Assembly: GCA_963675495.1 (NCBI GenBank)
Contig: OY776215.1
Span: 2,208,001 to 2,272,000 of the forward strand
Direction of reading: 5' to 3'
Source of the DNA: an uncultured Methanolobus sp.
GTDB lineage: Archaea; Halobacteriota; Methanosarcinia; Methanosarcinales; Methanosarcinaceae
DNA: 64,000 nt
The translations under genes were made by a program, and so were the position numbers. Under the pieces are notes generated by a model, which worked only from the letters and a program-made list of their open reading frames with translations, had not been told where the DNA came from and did not search any database. Positions 40,760 to 50,698 of this stretch are shown piece after piece. Each line of letters begins with the position of its first letter. The first letter of the stretch is position 1.

Positions 40760-43534
40760 ATGCTTGAAGACGAGTATCAACTTGATTTTTTTTCTGAGAA
40801 CGGATTTGTTCGTAAACAGTGCTCCAAATGTGGAAGTCATTTCTGGACCCGTGATCTTGAAAGAGCAACATGTGGGGATGCTCCATGTGATCCGTACTCT
40901 TTTATTGGCAATCCTGTTTTTAAGAAAAAGTTCGACCTTGCAGAAATGAGAGAATATTATCTTGATTTTTTCGAGGAAAGGAGTCACACAAGACTTGAAA
41001 GGTATCCTGTGGTAGCCAGGTGGAGGGATGACATATATCTGACAATTGCTTCGATCGCAGATTTTCAGCCATTTGTCACTTCGGGAGAAGTCCAGCCGCC
41101 GGCAAATCCATTAACTATCTCTCAGCCATGTATACGCCTGTCTGATCTTGATGCAGTAGGGCGGAGCGGTCGTCATCTGACAACTTTTGAAATGATGGCT
41201 CATCATGCTTTCAATAAGCAGGAAGAGGAAATATACTGGAAGGACCGCACAATGGAGTTGTGTGACGAATTCCTTAATTCGCTTGGTGCAGATCCATTGG
41301 CCGTTACCTACAAAGAGGAACCGTGGGCAGGTGGCGGTAATGCAGGCCCATGTGTCGAGGTGCTCATTGGTGGCCTTGAAGTTGGAACCCTTGTGTTCAT
41401 GAACATGCAGCAGGCCGAAGATGGCGATATTGTGATCAAGGGTGAGAACTATCGCAAGATGGACAATTATATTGTGGACACAGGGTATGGTCTTGAAAGA
41501 TTAGTTTGGGCGTCAAAAGGCTCACCTACGATCTATGATGCGGTGTTCCCTGGCATAGTGAATGAACTAATGGACCTTGCAGGTGTTAAACATGAGCTTG
41601 ATAACTCTGAATACTCTAACATCCTCTCCCAGAATGCCCGGCTGGCAGGTCTTATGGATGTGAGTGAAAAGGCCAATCTTTTCGAACTCAGGAAACAGGT
41701 TGCTTCCAGTATCGGAACAACTGTCGATAAACTATCATCTATAATGGAACCCGTCGAGAGTGTCTACGCGATAACTGACCACACCCGTTGCCTTACGTTC
41801 ATGCTTGCAGACGGTATCATTCCTTCCAATGTGAAAGCTGGTTATCTCGCAAGACTGGTGCTTCGCCGAACCCTGAGAATGATGAAGGATATGGGTATAT
41901 CCATTCCGCTGTCTGAAATAGTTAAAATGCACATTAACAACCTTCCGGAGTATCCTGAATTTCTGGAAAAATTCGATGTCATAGAGGATATCCTGTATCA
42001 TGAGGAGCAGAAGTTTGCAGACACACTGGAACGTGGAAAGCGTATGATAAAGAAGTCTGCAAAACACTACAAGGACGCAGGTGAAAAGATCCCTCTTGAA
42101 AAATTGGTTGAAATGTATGACAGCCATGGGATTCCTCCTGAAATATCAAAAGAAGCAGCTTCTGAAGTTGGTGTGGATGTAGACCTCCCTGATAACTTCT
42201 ATTCTCTTGTTGCTGAAGGGCATAGCAAAGCAGAGGCAAAGGTGGTCAAAGTATTCCCTTACTCAAATAGAGTTGAAAAGCTGCCACAGACTAAGAAGTT
42301 GTTCTATGATGAACCTACCAGGATGAACTTTGAGGCAGTGGTACTGGATATCTTTGACAACCATATCGTGCTTGACAGTACTCTCTTTTATCCTGAAGGC
42401 GGTGGACAGCCTGCAGACCATGGTGTCATCATTGTTGAAGATATTGTTCTTAACGTTGTAGATGTACAGTCTGTTGGCGATGTAGTTGTGCATATTATAG
42501 AGGACATGGAAGATGAACTCCACCTCAGAAAGGGTGATATGGTCCAAGGGAACGTAAACGAAGAACGTCGTATGTCCCATGCATGTCACCACACCGCAAC
42601 TCATATTGTCAATGATGCGGCACGTAAGGTTCTTGGTGACCATGTATGGCAGGCAGGAGCCCAAAAATTCGTGAACAAAGCCCGTCTTGACATATCCCAC
42701 TACAAGCGCATCTCGCAGGAAGAATTGGATCGTATAGAGTTGATTGCCAACCGTACGGTGATGGAGAATCAGCGAGTTATAGCCGAATGGATGGAAAGAG
42801 TAGATGCCGAGAAGAAATATGGATTTGGTCTTTATCAGGGAGGCGTTCCTCCTGGAAATATAATTCGTGTCCTGAAAGTGGCCGATGATATAGAGGCATG
42901 TGGCGGTACTCACTGTGTCAGTACCGGACTTGTCGGTCCTATCAAAATTTTGAAGACCGAACGCATTCAGGATGGTGTGGAACGTATTGAGTATTCCGCA
43001 GGTCTTGCAGCAGTCAGGGCAATGCAGGAAATGGAGTCTTATCTAAGCCTGGCAGCTGAGGCCCTGCGCGTCAGGCCGGAACATCTTCCATCCACCATTG
43101 AACGTTTTTTCAATGAATGGAAGGAGTTCAAAAAAGAGAACCAGAGATTGAAAGACGAACTTGCGCATGTTCATGTCAGCCAGATGGTAAATGAAGCAGT
43201 AAATATCGAAAATGTTCGTCTTGTGGCAAAGGTCATTCCAAACGCTGATATTGACGAACTTGTGAAGATTGCCGGTGAGCTGACTACGAACAAGGATATG
43301 GTAGTGCTTCTGGCAAGTGATTCTGCAGGTGTTAAGATTGTAGGTGCTGCAGGAGATGATGCACTGTTGGCCGGAGCAAATGCAGGCAAGATAGTCAGGG
43401 AAATGTCCTGTATAGTTGGCGGCGGCGGCGGCGGTAAGCCTGCTATGGCTCGTGGTGGCGGTGTAGATTCCAGCAAGATGGATGAGGCTCTTGAAAGTGG
43501 TCGCAATCTGCTTGAAGGACAGATAGGCAATTAA
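40760..43534 (+). CDS. alaS: Alanyl-tRNA synthetase
   Basis: IASIADFQP, DTGYGLER, editing HTATH and CGGTH, GGGGGK C-Ala domain. Confidence 0.97.
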   Translation: MLEDEYQLDFFSENGFVRKQCSKCGSHFWTRDLERATCGDAPCDPYSFIGNPVFKKKFDLAEMREYYLDFFEERSHTRLERYPVVARWRDDIYLTIASIADFQPFVTSGEVQPPANPLTISQPCIRLSDLDAVGRSGRHLTTFEMMAHHAFNKQEEEIYWKDRTMELCDEFLNSLGADPLAVTYKEEPWAGGGNAGPCVEVLIGGLEVGTLVFMNMQQAEDGDIVIKGENYRKMDNYIVDTGYGLERLVWASKGSPTIYDAVFPGIVNELMDLAGVKHELDNSEYSNILSQNARLAGLMDVSEKANLFELRKQVASSIGTTVDKLSSIMEPVESVYAITDHTRCLTFMLADGIIPSNVKAGYLARLVLRRTLRMMKDMGISIPLSEIVKMHINNLPEYPEFLEKFDVIEDILYHEEQKFADTLERGKRMIKKSAKHYKDAGEKIPLEKLVEMYDSHGIPPEISKEAASEVGVDVDLPDNFYSLVAEGHSKAEAKVVKVFPYSNRVEKLPQTKKLFYDEPTRMNFEAVVLDIFDNHIVLDSTLFYPEGGGQPADHGVIIVEDIVLNVVDVQSVGDVVVHIIEDMEDELHLRKGDMVQGNVNEERRMSHACHHTATHIVNDAARKVLGDHVWQAGAQKFVNKARLDISHYKRISQEELDRIELIANRTVMENQRVIAEWMERVDAEKKYGFGLYQGGVPPGNIIRVLKVADDIEACGGTHCVSTGLVGPIKILKTERIQDGVERIEYSAGLAAVRAMQEMESYLSLAAEALRVRPEHLPSTIERFFNEWKEFKKENQRLKDELAHVHVSQMVNEAVNIENVRLVAKVIPNADIDELVKIAGELTTNKDMVVLLASDSAGVKIVGAAGDDALLAGANAGKIVREMSCIVGGGGGGKPAMARGGGVDSSKMDEALESGRNLLEGQIGN

Positions 43535-43548
43535 AATGGGGAATTGAA

Positions 43549-44889
43549 ATGATACCTGGTGAGGTCAAGGAGTTCTTCTCATCCCAGTTTGGCAAGTCTC
43601 TTCTTGTAAAAGGAAAGCCTGGTACAGGAAAAACAACCTTTGTCTTTGGCATACTCGATGAGGTTTGCTCTGAGGGCAATTGTATCTATATCTCGCCACG
43701 TATCGATAAATCCTCAGAGTATGGAAAATATCCCTGGATAGAGGGTGATTTTAACAACAATGAGGATTTCATCAGGATGCTTGCATCCCGCATAAAAGTG
43801 ATATGGGAATCCAGTGAAACCAAACCAATCATAGTTGTGGATTCCATTGATTCATTAAGTATCGCTACAACACGATCTGCAAACTGGGAAGATAACAAGT
43901 TCGAACTTGAACGTTTGCTATTTGATTTTTCCAGAAAGGTAAATGCAGATCTCATTATGATCACCGAGCAAACGGATGTAACTTCTCTTGATTATCTGGT
44001 AGATGGTGTCGTTTCCCTTGAAATAATTGATATGTCAGGTAATGACCTCAGAAAAGTCAATTTGCTGAAGATACGTGGTGTGGAACTGTCCCAATCAAGA
44101 TATCCTTTTACTCTTGATGCTGGTAAGTTCAACAGCTTTGAACCATTTGCGGTATCATATCCCGAACAAACACAAGTTCCAAAACCTTTCCCTGATCCCA
44201 TTGAAAGTAAGATATCGACTGGTATTCGTGATTTTGATGAGATATTGGGAGGCGGTTATCAAAAAGGAAGTTTTAATCTTTTTGAGATCACAAGTGGTGT
44301 GGGTGATTCTTTTTACAGTTTACTTTTGCCAACCTTCATCAATCACCTGAACATGGGTCGAGGACTTTTAAGTATGCCTACGGAAGGCACAAGTGTTGAA
44401 ACTGAAAAGCGTATGATAGTTCCTTTTACAGGTGGCAATCACTTTCAGGGTCAGTTCGTTGGATTCGAGATTCGTGACCTGAAGGGAAGAATGCCTGCAT
44501 ATATTGCACCATTTTCGGGGAATGTTTACAAAGACATGGATGCATTCCACAAAGCCAAGAATGAAATGATGCGGCAGTATGGCTCACCGATTCTTGACTA
44601 TATTGGTCTTGATAGCATGGAATACAACTATGGATGGGAGAATATTGGTTCTATAATCGGCCAAATGGCATCCATTACAAAGACCACTGAGAATGTTGTC
44701 CTTGCAGTTACAAAACACGGACAAAGGATAAGTGAAACTGTAGCACATATGGCCACAACTCATTGGAAATTTGAAAACGTTGACAAAACTCTTGTTGTGT
44801 ATGGGGTCGTACCTAAAACCAGTATTTTTGCGGTTCAGATGGAATTCGTTCAAGGATATCCTGAGGTTCGTTTAATTCCTATGAAATAA
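43549..44889 (+). CDS. GvpD-like two-domain KaiC/RecA-superfamily ATPase
   Basis: GKPGTGKT, VVDS, LDYLVDGVV, LLKIRG, then a second degenerate domain starting STGIRDFDEILGGG. Confidence 0.8.
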   Translation: MIPGEVKEFFSSQFGKSLLVKGKPGTGKTTFVFGILDEVCSEGNCIYISPRIDKSSEYGKYPWIEGDFNNNEDFIRMLASRIKVIWESSETKPIIVVDSIDSLSIATTRSANWEDNKFELERLLFDFSRKVNADLIMITEQTDVTSLDYLVDGVVSLEIIDMSGNDLRKVNLLKIRGVELSQSRYPFTLDAGKFNSFEPFAVSYPEQTQVPKPFPDPIESKISTGIRDFDEILGGGYQKGSFNLFEITSGVGDSFYSLLLPTFINHLNMGRGLLSMPTEGTSVETEKRMIVPFTGGNHFQGQFVGFEIRDLKGRMPAYIAPFSGNVYKDMDAFHKAKNEMMRQYGSPILDYIGLDSMEYNYGWENIGSIIGQMASITKTTENVVLAVTKHGQRISETVAHMATTHWKFENVDKTLVVYGVVPKTSIFAVQMEFVQGYPEVRLIPMK

Positions 44890-44977
44890 ATATTTTAGTA
44901 CAGCAAGTGCATTTTTTGCCCAAACATTAATAAGAAAATAAAACTAATAATATTTACTAAACAAAATTAAAAGGTAC

Positions 44978-46039
44978 TTGTCAATGAATGTTCAAACGCA
45001 GGAGATCCTTTCAACCCTGAGGCAGGAATTGTCCAACAAGAATGCATTATTCTTTGCTCCAGTTGACAGTTTCATAGAGCGCCTGGTGTATTTTTATGTA
45101 TCGAATATACTAAGGGAGGATACTGACCGAACAATAGTCTGGTTATGTCTGAATGCTTCCAGGGATAAAATATTTAATCGGTTTGAGGATTTTGGCTTTG
45201 ATCTTGAGCCAAGTAGTAGGATGTTCTTCATTGACATCGATGCTCCAGGTAAACAGCATTATGAAGATACTTTTTATTGTAGTTCAGTAGCCGATTATAC
45301 AAAAATGGCTTCACATATATCTAACATCTTTCAAAATAATTCGCGCTCCCTGCTTATCATAGACAATATGAATGTGCTGGCAAGCGATACAATGCAGGTA
45401 GTTGAGAATTTTATAAAATTCATCGAAAAGAAAGTAGCTGAAAATAATGGAAGCATTCTATCCATGCTTTCCAAGAACATTCTACCATCTGAAACAGAGG
45501 TCCTTATTAATTCCTTTTTTGATGTGGTCATTGAGATCAGCAACGTGGGTGAGATTCACACGGAGATTGGTTTGAAGGATTTTGATTTCCGATACTCGGT
45601 TGAGGAGGGGTCAATTGAATTCGAACCTATGCAGAAGAAGATAAGACGGGAAAGACTAAAGATTCTCATTGTCGATGATGAACCGGATATCCCGGAATTG
45701 TTAAAACTTTCTCTTATAAGTGAGCCCTATGATTTTTTAGTGGCACACAATGGGGAAGAAGCTATAGAGCTTACCCTTAAAGAACTTCCTGATCTTATCC
45801 TTCTCGATATCATGATGCCTGATATGGATGGTTATGAGGTTGTGGAGAATCTTAAATTAAGTAAAGCTGCAAGTGATATTCCTGTAATAATGATCTCTGC
45901 CAAGACTGCCATTGAGGATAAAGTAAAAGGCATGGAACTTGGAATTGATGATTACATTGCCAAACCATTTGATAAACGTGAAGTCAAAGCAAGGATAAAG
46001 ATGGTTATGCGACGTCTGGGTTGGGTTGAAGATGAATAG
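44978..46039 (+). CDS. Response regulator: inactive RecA/KaiC-like N-domain plus C-terminal receiver
   Basis: LIIDNM and FFDVVIE RecA-like remnants; REC motifs VDDE, LLDIMMP, SA, AKPF. Confidence 0.82.
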   Translation: MSMNVQTQEILSTLRQELSNKNALFFAPVDSFIERLVYFYVSNILREDTDRTIVWLCLNASRDKIFNRFEDFGFDLEPSSRMFFIDIDAPGKQHYEDTFYCSSVADYTKMASHISNIFQNNSRSLLIIDNMNVLASDTMQVVENFIKFIEKKVAENNGSILSMLSKNILPSETEVLINSFFDVVIEISNVGEIHTEIGLKDFDFRYSVEEGSIEFEPMQKKIRRERLKILIVDDEPDIPELLKLSLISEPYDFLVAHNGEEAIELTLKELPDLILLDIMMPDMDGYEVVENLKLSKAASDIPVIMISAKTAIEDKVKGMELGIDDYIAKPFDKREVKARIKMVMRRLGWVEDE

Positions 46040-46114
46040 TTATATATAATTAAATATATTATAGTTATTATTATGGCATTATTGATTATTATTTTCAGGA
46101 GCTGTTAATTAATT

Positions 46115-46489
46115 ATGTGTCCCAAAGTTATGGTCGTGGATGATGAAACAGACACCATAGACCTTGTGAAGTTGATCCTGGAATCAGAAATGATAGAAGT
46201 TGTCGGGGCAAAAAGTGGTTTTGAATGTCTTGAGTCCATCGATAAGGAAAAACCTGACGCAATTTTGCTTGACATAATGATGCCTGACATGAATGGTTGG
46301 GAAACCTTCCATAAAATAAAGGAAAAAGAGCCATCCTTGCCTGTGGCCATGCTTACTGTGAAGAGCCAGGAATTCGATAAGATGCTTGGTTTGCATGTGT
46401 TAAAAGCAGATGACTATATAACCAAACCTTTTAGCAGGAAGGAACTCATAAAGAGAACTAAAGAACTTCTGGAAATGGAACTTCAATAA
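46115..46489 (+). CDS. Stand-alone receiver-domain protein
   Basis: VDDE, LLDIMMP, LT, TKPF. Confidence 0.92.
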   Translation: MCPKVMVVDDETDTIDLVKLILESEMIEVVGAKSGFECLESIDKEKPDAILLDIMMPDMNGWETFHKIKEKEPSLPVAMLTVKSQEFDKMLGLHVLKADDYITKPFSRKELIKRTKELLEMELQ

Positions 46490-47502
46490 TGTAGCACTTC
46501 ACAAATGATGGCATAATTTCTCCTTATAAAAAGATGAGCTTTCCTTTCACCATTCAGTTCTTTTTCCAGATCATTGCGAGCTTCCCAATATCTTTCAGGT
46601 TCTATTGCTGCCCTGATGATTACCTTTCCAAAAGAGTTCTGCTTCAGGTATGAGTTTATTTTTGTTGTATTGAATTCCGTTACCTGCAGTACGTTGTAGC
46701 TGTTTTTGAACAATTTAGATTTCAATGGGACGTCAGAGCTTATTAATATTCTTTTCTCATCGATCTCGAATATGCTGATGTCAGCATTCTTTTTAAAAGA
46801 AATCGCCAGTTGATCAAGAAGACCTGCTTTTGTAACACATTCTTCTGGCTCATAGGCATAGATTCCGGGTTTCTCCGTTCTATTGGCATTTATTTTTTCA
46901 CTATCTTGTCTAATAATTGTGCTACCAGGTAGCACAATAGCAGAAACATCAGCTTTTTTCAGTTCACCAAAATATAAATTCAAACGATTCAGTTTCCCAT
47001 CAAGGGACATGTATTCCTTTTCACAATCAAATGCTATTTTTTCGGGTGTTATCTGGGGTGGTGCTTCAAAAGCAAAGTTCAAGGTTTTCTCTGCATATGC
47101 TTTCATTACTTCCGGAATGGGTGGACTCAGGTTAGCGATGTTCCTTTCTTTTTCCGTAGGGGGCCTGGCAGGATCTGAGAATACCACATCAAGGGCTGGT
47201 AATGATGCTATTACATCTGTTGAAAGGGCATCTCCAGTGATGAACTCTATGTTGCTGATACCCATCAACTCAGCATTCTTTTTTGCGTAGGATATTTTAT
47301 TCTCATCGATCTCTATTGCATACACGAAATCGCAGTATTTTGCAAAGTAGAGTGCCTGTCCTCCGATACCGCAACTTATATCAGCTATCATTTTGCATTG
47401 CAATCTCTTTGCCCTATATTCAGCAACAGGCTCAGGAGTTGCGAATCTAATACCATCCTTATCGGATATCATTTTTGTCTTGAATTGTTTTTTGCGTGCC
47501 AA
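46483..47502 (-). CDS. Class I SAM-dependent RNA methyltransferase with THUMP-like C-terminus
   Basis: RFATP, DISCGIGG, DPAR motif. Confidence 0.78.
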   Translation of the reverse strand: MARKKQFKTKMISDKDGIRFATPEPVAEYRAKRLQCKMIADISCGIGGQALYFAKYCDFVYAIEIDENKISYAKKNAELMGISNIEFITGDALSTDVIASLPALDVVFSDPARPPTEKERNIANLSPPIPEVMKAYAEKTLNFAFEAPPQITPEKIAFDCEKEYMSLDGKLNRLNLYFGELKKADVSAIVLPGSTIIRQDSEKINANRTEKPGIYAYEPEECVTKAGLLDQLAISFKKNADISIFEIDEKRILISSDVPLKSKLFKNSYNVLQVTEFNTTKINSYLKQNSFGKVIIRAAIEPERYWEARNDLEKELNGERKAHLFIRRNYAIICEVLHY

Positions 47503-47665
47503 ATATATCAGGTATGTAATATCTCATAAATGATTTAAAATCATCTGCACATATTTTCTATAATATTGAGACCAAGTTTTATTCAAAATTTATATATAAT
47601 ATTGGTGGTATATTGGGTAACATATACATGTCACTGTCATTATATTAATTATTACTAGTGAAATC

Positions 47666-48967
47666 ATGGCCGGATTTAGCGATAAAATAAAAAAGATGAC
47701 TTCTGTTCTCTCCAAGAAGGATAAAAAAAAGGGAGCTGATTCTCCATTTGATTCAGACGCACCTTCTTTTCTACAGGGTACTCCAGATCTTGGTTCCATT
47801 CCTGATCTGTCGGCAGGATTGCCACCGGCACCCCCTGGCGTTCAAAATGCTCCTGATATTTCTGGTAATCCTCCATTTCCTCCTGGAATGGCTCCACCTG
47901 GAGGTATGCCTCAGCAAGTGCCTCAGCAATCATCTGTCAACGATGAAATGTTAGAGGAAAACCGGAAAAAGATAAAAGATGTTGAGGCTAAGGTTTCAAA
48001 ATCGGATGTCACTCTTAACATGGTCCAAAGGGAAAATGAAGAGATCAAAAAGACCGTTGACAAGATAGACCAGAGTGTTCTTGAATTACTATCCTTATAT
48101 GAGATAGTGTCCAATCAGGTCAATCCTTTTGTAGGGGATGATGTTGCTTCTCGTGCTACCATAGAGAGATTTGAGAAAACAGAAAACAGGATCACTGAAA
48201 TGGGCGACATGCTGGTCCTAATGAAAAATGATTTTGATGCCGCATCTCAGAAAATAGGCATGCCTCAGGAAGTCTCACCCGAAATAGATTCAAGGATGCA
48301 GAACTTCGAATCGAAGATGGATGCATTTGCAGATGCAATGGTTATGATGCATGAAGGCATTGAAAAATTATCTTCCAGGACAGAAGAACTGTTTTCCAGA
48401 ACCGGTGCCCTTGACCAGAATATAGTTGACCTGGCTGAAACAACCGCAAATATATCTTCTCGTCTTGATATGCTTGAGAATGAATCTCCCTCAACTAGTA
48501 ATGTATCTATGGTGGAAACTGCACCTTATGTAGATGAAGAAAATGAACACGTAGCACAAGACGGAGTTGCAATGGATGGAATTGCAGCAGTTTCAAATAA
48601 GGTCTCGGTTCCTATGGTACGATTGGAATCTATCAAAGGAGATCCCACAAGTGTTGTTGTTCTACTTAACTGGATCGAGTTTTTAATGGAGCGTGTAGGA
48701 AGGAATAACCTGATGGATGCTCTTGATTATTACATGGATATTGGGTGGATAAGTGAGGATGTTATGTCAGAGATCATGGCTTATGCTCGTGGTATCGATT
48801 ATTATGTGGAAAAGCCCACATGGCGACTTCTTCCGGAAGATCATACAAAATCTCTGCTCTTCATAGAAAGGCTGTCAGGCCGTAAGATAGACAGGAATAT
48901 GCTAAGTTCCATAGATAGGGAAATGGCAAAAGTGAAGCACGGTCTGGAGGAACTCTATGGGATTTGA
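47666..48967 (+). CDS. Archaellum accessory protein ArlCDE (FlaC/D/E) with Pro-rich N-terminus
   Basis: LYEIVSNQVNPF (FlaC), WIEFL..G, ALDYY..GWIS, DHTKSLLFI (FlaD/E). Confidence 0.88.
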   Translation: MAGFSDKIKKMTSVLSKKDKKKGADSPFDSDAPSFLQGTPDLGSIPDLSAGLPPAPPGVQNAPDISGNPPFPPGMAPPGGMPQQVPQQSSVNDEMLEENRKKIKDVEAKVSKSDVTLNMVQRENEEIKKTVDKIDQSVLELLSLYEIVSNQVNPFVGDDVASRATIERFEKTENRITEMGDMLVLMKNDFDAASQKIGMPQEVSPEIDSRMQNFESKMDAFADAMVMMHEGIEKLSSRTEELFSRTGALDQNIVDLAETTANISSRLDMLENESPSTSNVSMVETAPYVDEENEHVAQDGVAMDGIAAVSNKVSVPMVRLESIKGDPTSVVVLLNWIEFLMERVGRNNLMDALDYYMDIGWISEDVMSEIMAYARGIDYYVEKPTWRLLPEDHTKSLLFIERLSGRKIDRNMLSSIDREMAKVKHGLEELYGI

Positions 48968-49388
48968 GCTATCAGTCATAGCAGTTGTTTTTTTCATATC
49001 GGCAGTGCTGCTGGGAACTTTTTCTTATACAATGTTAGGTACTTCCAACGAAATACTTGACGATGCTTCGGCAGAGCAGTATCAAATGCGGCGGACTCTG
49101 CTTCATACGGATATAAAGGTGGAAAACTCCACGGCTGATAGTTTTGCAGGCAACTACAATTTGACTGTAACTCTCTCTAACACAGGCAGTGAAACTCTTC
49201 ATTTTGATAAGTTGAATGTACTGGTGGATGGAAATCTGGAATCTTATACATATGGCGATATTGCAGCTACATGGACTCCTGCTGAAACGAGAAACCTGAC
49301 AATAACAGAACTTTCTGGTCTGGGAATTCATCGCGTTAAAGTTGTAACAGAAAATGGTATTTCGGCCTATGATTCCTATTTGGTTTGA
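48957..49388 (+). CDS. flaF: Archaellum protein ArlF
   Basis: MGFE N-terminal TM, NTGS, VLVDG, VKVVTENG. Confidence 0.82.
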   Translation: MGFELSVIAVVFFISAVLLGTFSYTMLGTSNEILDDASAEQYQMRRTLLHTDIKVENSTADSFAGNYNLTVTLSNTGSETLHFDKLNVLVDGNLESYTYGDIAATWTPAETRNLTITELSGLGIHRVKVVTENGISAYDSYLV

Positions 49389-49464
49389 TGGAAATAGTAG
49401 TTTTATATACTATTAATAATATATTAATTTCTACTTCTTATTATATTTGGACTGGCAGAAAAAC

Positions 49465-49971
49465 ATGATTAGTATGCTAACAACAGACAAAAATAGTCTA
49501 CTGAAAGACACCAATGCTGAAACCGCTATCACGCATATGATATTCTTCATAGCGGCTTTGATGTTGGCTATTAGTGCAGTTGCCTTCATATCTGCAGATG
49601 TCCAGTCAATGATAGCTTCATCAGGTACAAGCAGCAAAGTGCTTTCTGAACAGATGAGGACTGATATTACAGTCGTAAATGATCCTGAATTAATTCCTTA
49701 CAATAATATCAGCAGTAAATACACATTCTACGCGAAGAACACAGGCAAAACAGAATTAGTACCGCAGTACGTCACGGTTCTTGTGGACGGTATTATGATA
49801 GAACCTGTAGATGTTGATATTGGACTGATGGATGGTGACGTCATATGGAGGCCAGGTGATATCCTTACCCTTAATGTCACAACTACTCCATCACCACTGG
49901 AATCTGGTGACCACAGAATACTGGTTGCAGCTGAGAATGGCAAATCCGGCTCAATGAGCTTTAAAACATAA
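49465..49971 (+). CDS. flaG: Archaellum protein ArlG
   Basis: THMIFFIA, TDITVVNDP, YAKNTG, W.PG; start uncertain. Confidence 0.82.
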   Translation: MISMLTTDKNSLLKDTNAETAITHMIFFIAALMLAISAVAFISADVQSMIASSGTSSKVLSEQMRTDITVVNDPELIPYNNISSKYTFYAKNTGKTELVPQYVTVLVDGIMIEPVDVDIGLMDGDVIWRPGDILTLNVTTTPSPLESGDHRILVAAENGKSGSMSFKT

Positions 49972-49984
49972 TAAAGGGGGAAAA

Positions 49985-50680
49985 ATGTCAAAAATCAATG
50001 GATTTGATATCCCAAGGGATGATCTGAACGATAAATTAGGTGGAGGTTTCCCTGCAGGCTCATTGGTAGTTATAGAAGGCGGTAGTGGTGGTGGGAAAAG
50101 TTCTATCACTCAGCGTCTTTCATACGGACTGAATGAGAATGATGTAAGTGTTACTTTTGTTTCCACACAAATGACGACAAAAGGCTTTATTAATCAAATG
50201 TATTCTATGGATTATCCTATAGCTCCTTTCCTTTTGAATGGTTTACTATTATATATCCCGGTAATTCCCCTTGTACAAGCTGCAAAATCCCGTTCCGATT
50301 TTATTGAAAGGTTAATGTCAGCTGAAGAGCTTTTCGAGAAGAACGTGATAATTATCGATACCCTCTCTTCTTTAATAAAATACAGCGTGAATACCGAGAA
50401 AAGTCTTGAATTGATATCGTTTTTTAAGAAGCTTAATGGTATGGGGAAAGTGATCATATTGACAATAGAGCCTAATCAGCTTGGTGAGGATATTGCATCT
50501 ATGTTCCGTTCTTCATGTGATGTTTACATTACCCTTAAGTCCAAACCTCTGGGAAGTGAGGTCAAGAGGACCATTATGGTGAACAAGTTTACGGGAGCCA
50601 AAGGTCCGGTAGGACAAATGGTAGGTTTCAGGGTAGAGCCAAAAGTAGGTCTTGTAGTTGAGATTGCTTCAGTATCATAA
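49985..50680 (+). CDS. flaH: Archaellum ATP-binding protein ArlH
   Basis: KLGGGFP, GGSGGGKS, QR..YG, IIDT, FRVEPKVGL. Confidence 0.92.
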   Translation: MSKINGFDIPRDDLNDKLGGGFPAGSLVVIEGGSGGGKSSITQRLSYGLNENDVSVTFVSTQMTTKGFINQMYSMDYPIAPFLLNGLLLYIPVIPLVQAAKSRSDFIERLMSAEELFEKNVIIIDTLSSLIKYSVNTEKSLELISFFKKLNGMGKVIILTIEPNQLGEDIASMFRSSCDVYITLKSKPLGSEVKRTIMVNKFTGAKGPVGQMVGFRVEPKVGLVVEIASVS

Positions 50681-50698
50681 GATTAAAAGAGTGATTAG

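Noticed and set aside
43418-43435. (GGC)n repeat
   Set aside because: Encodes the conserved poly-Gly motif of AlaRS; not a contingency repeat
43549-44889. Gas vesicle locus
   Set aside because: Only a GvpD-like ATPase is present; no gvpA or other gvp genes nearby
49465-49560. Class III signal peptide in the ArlG N-terminus (KDTNA-ETAITH)
   Set aside because: Does not fit the charged-residue-Gly/Ala cleavage consensus; start codon uncertain
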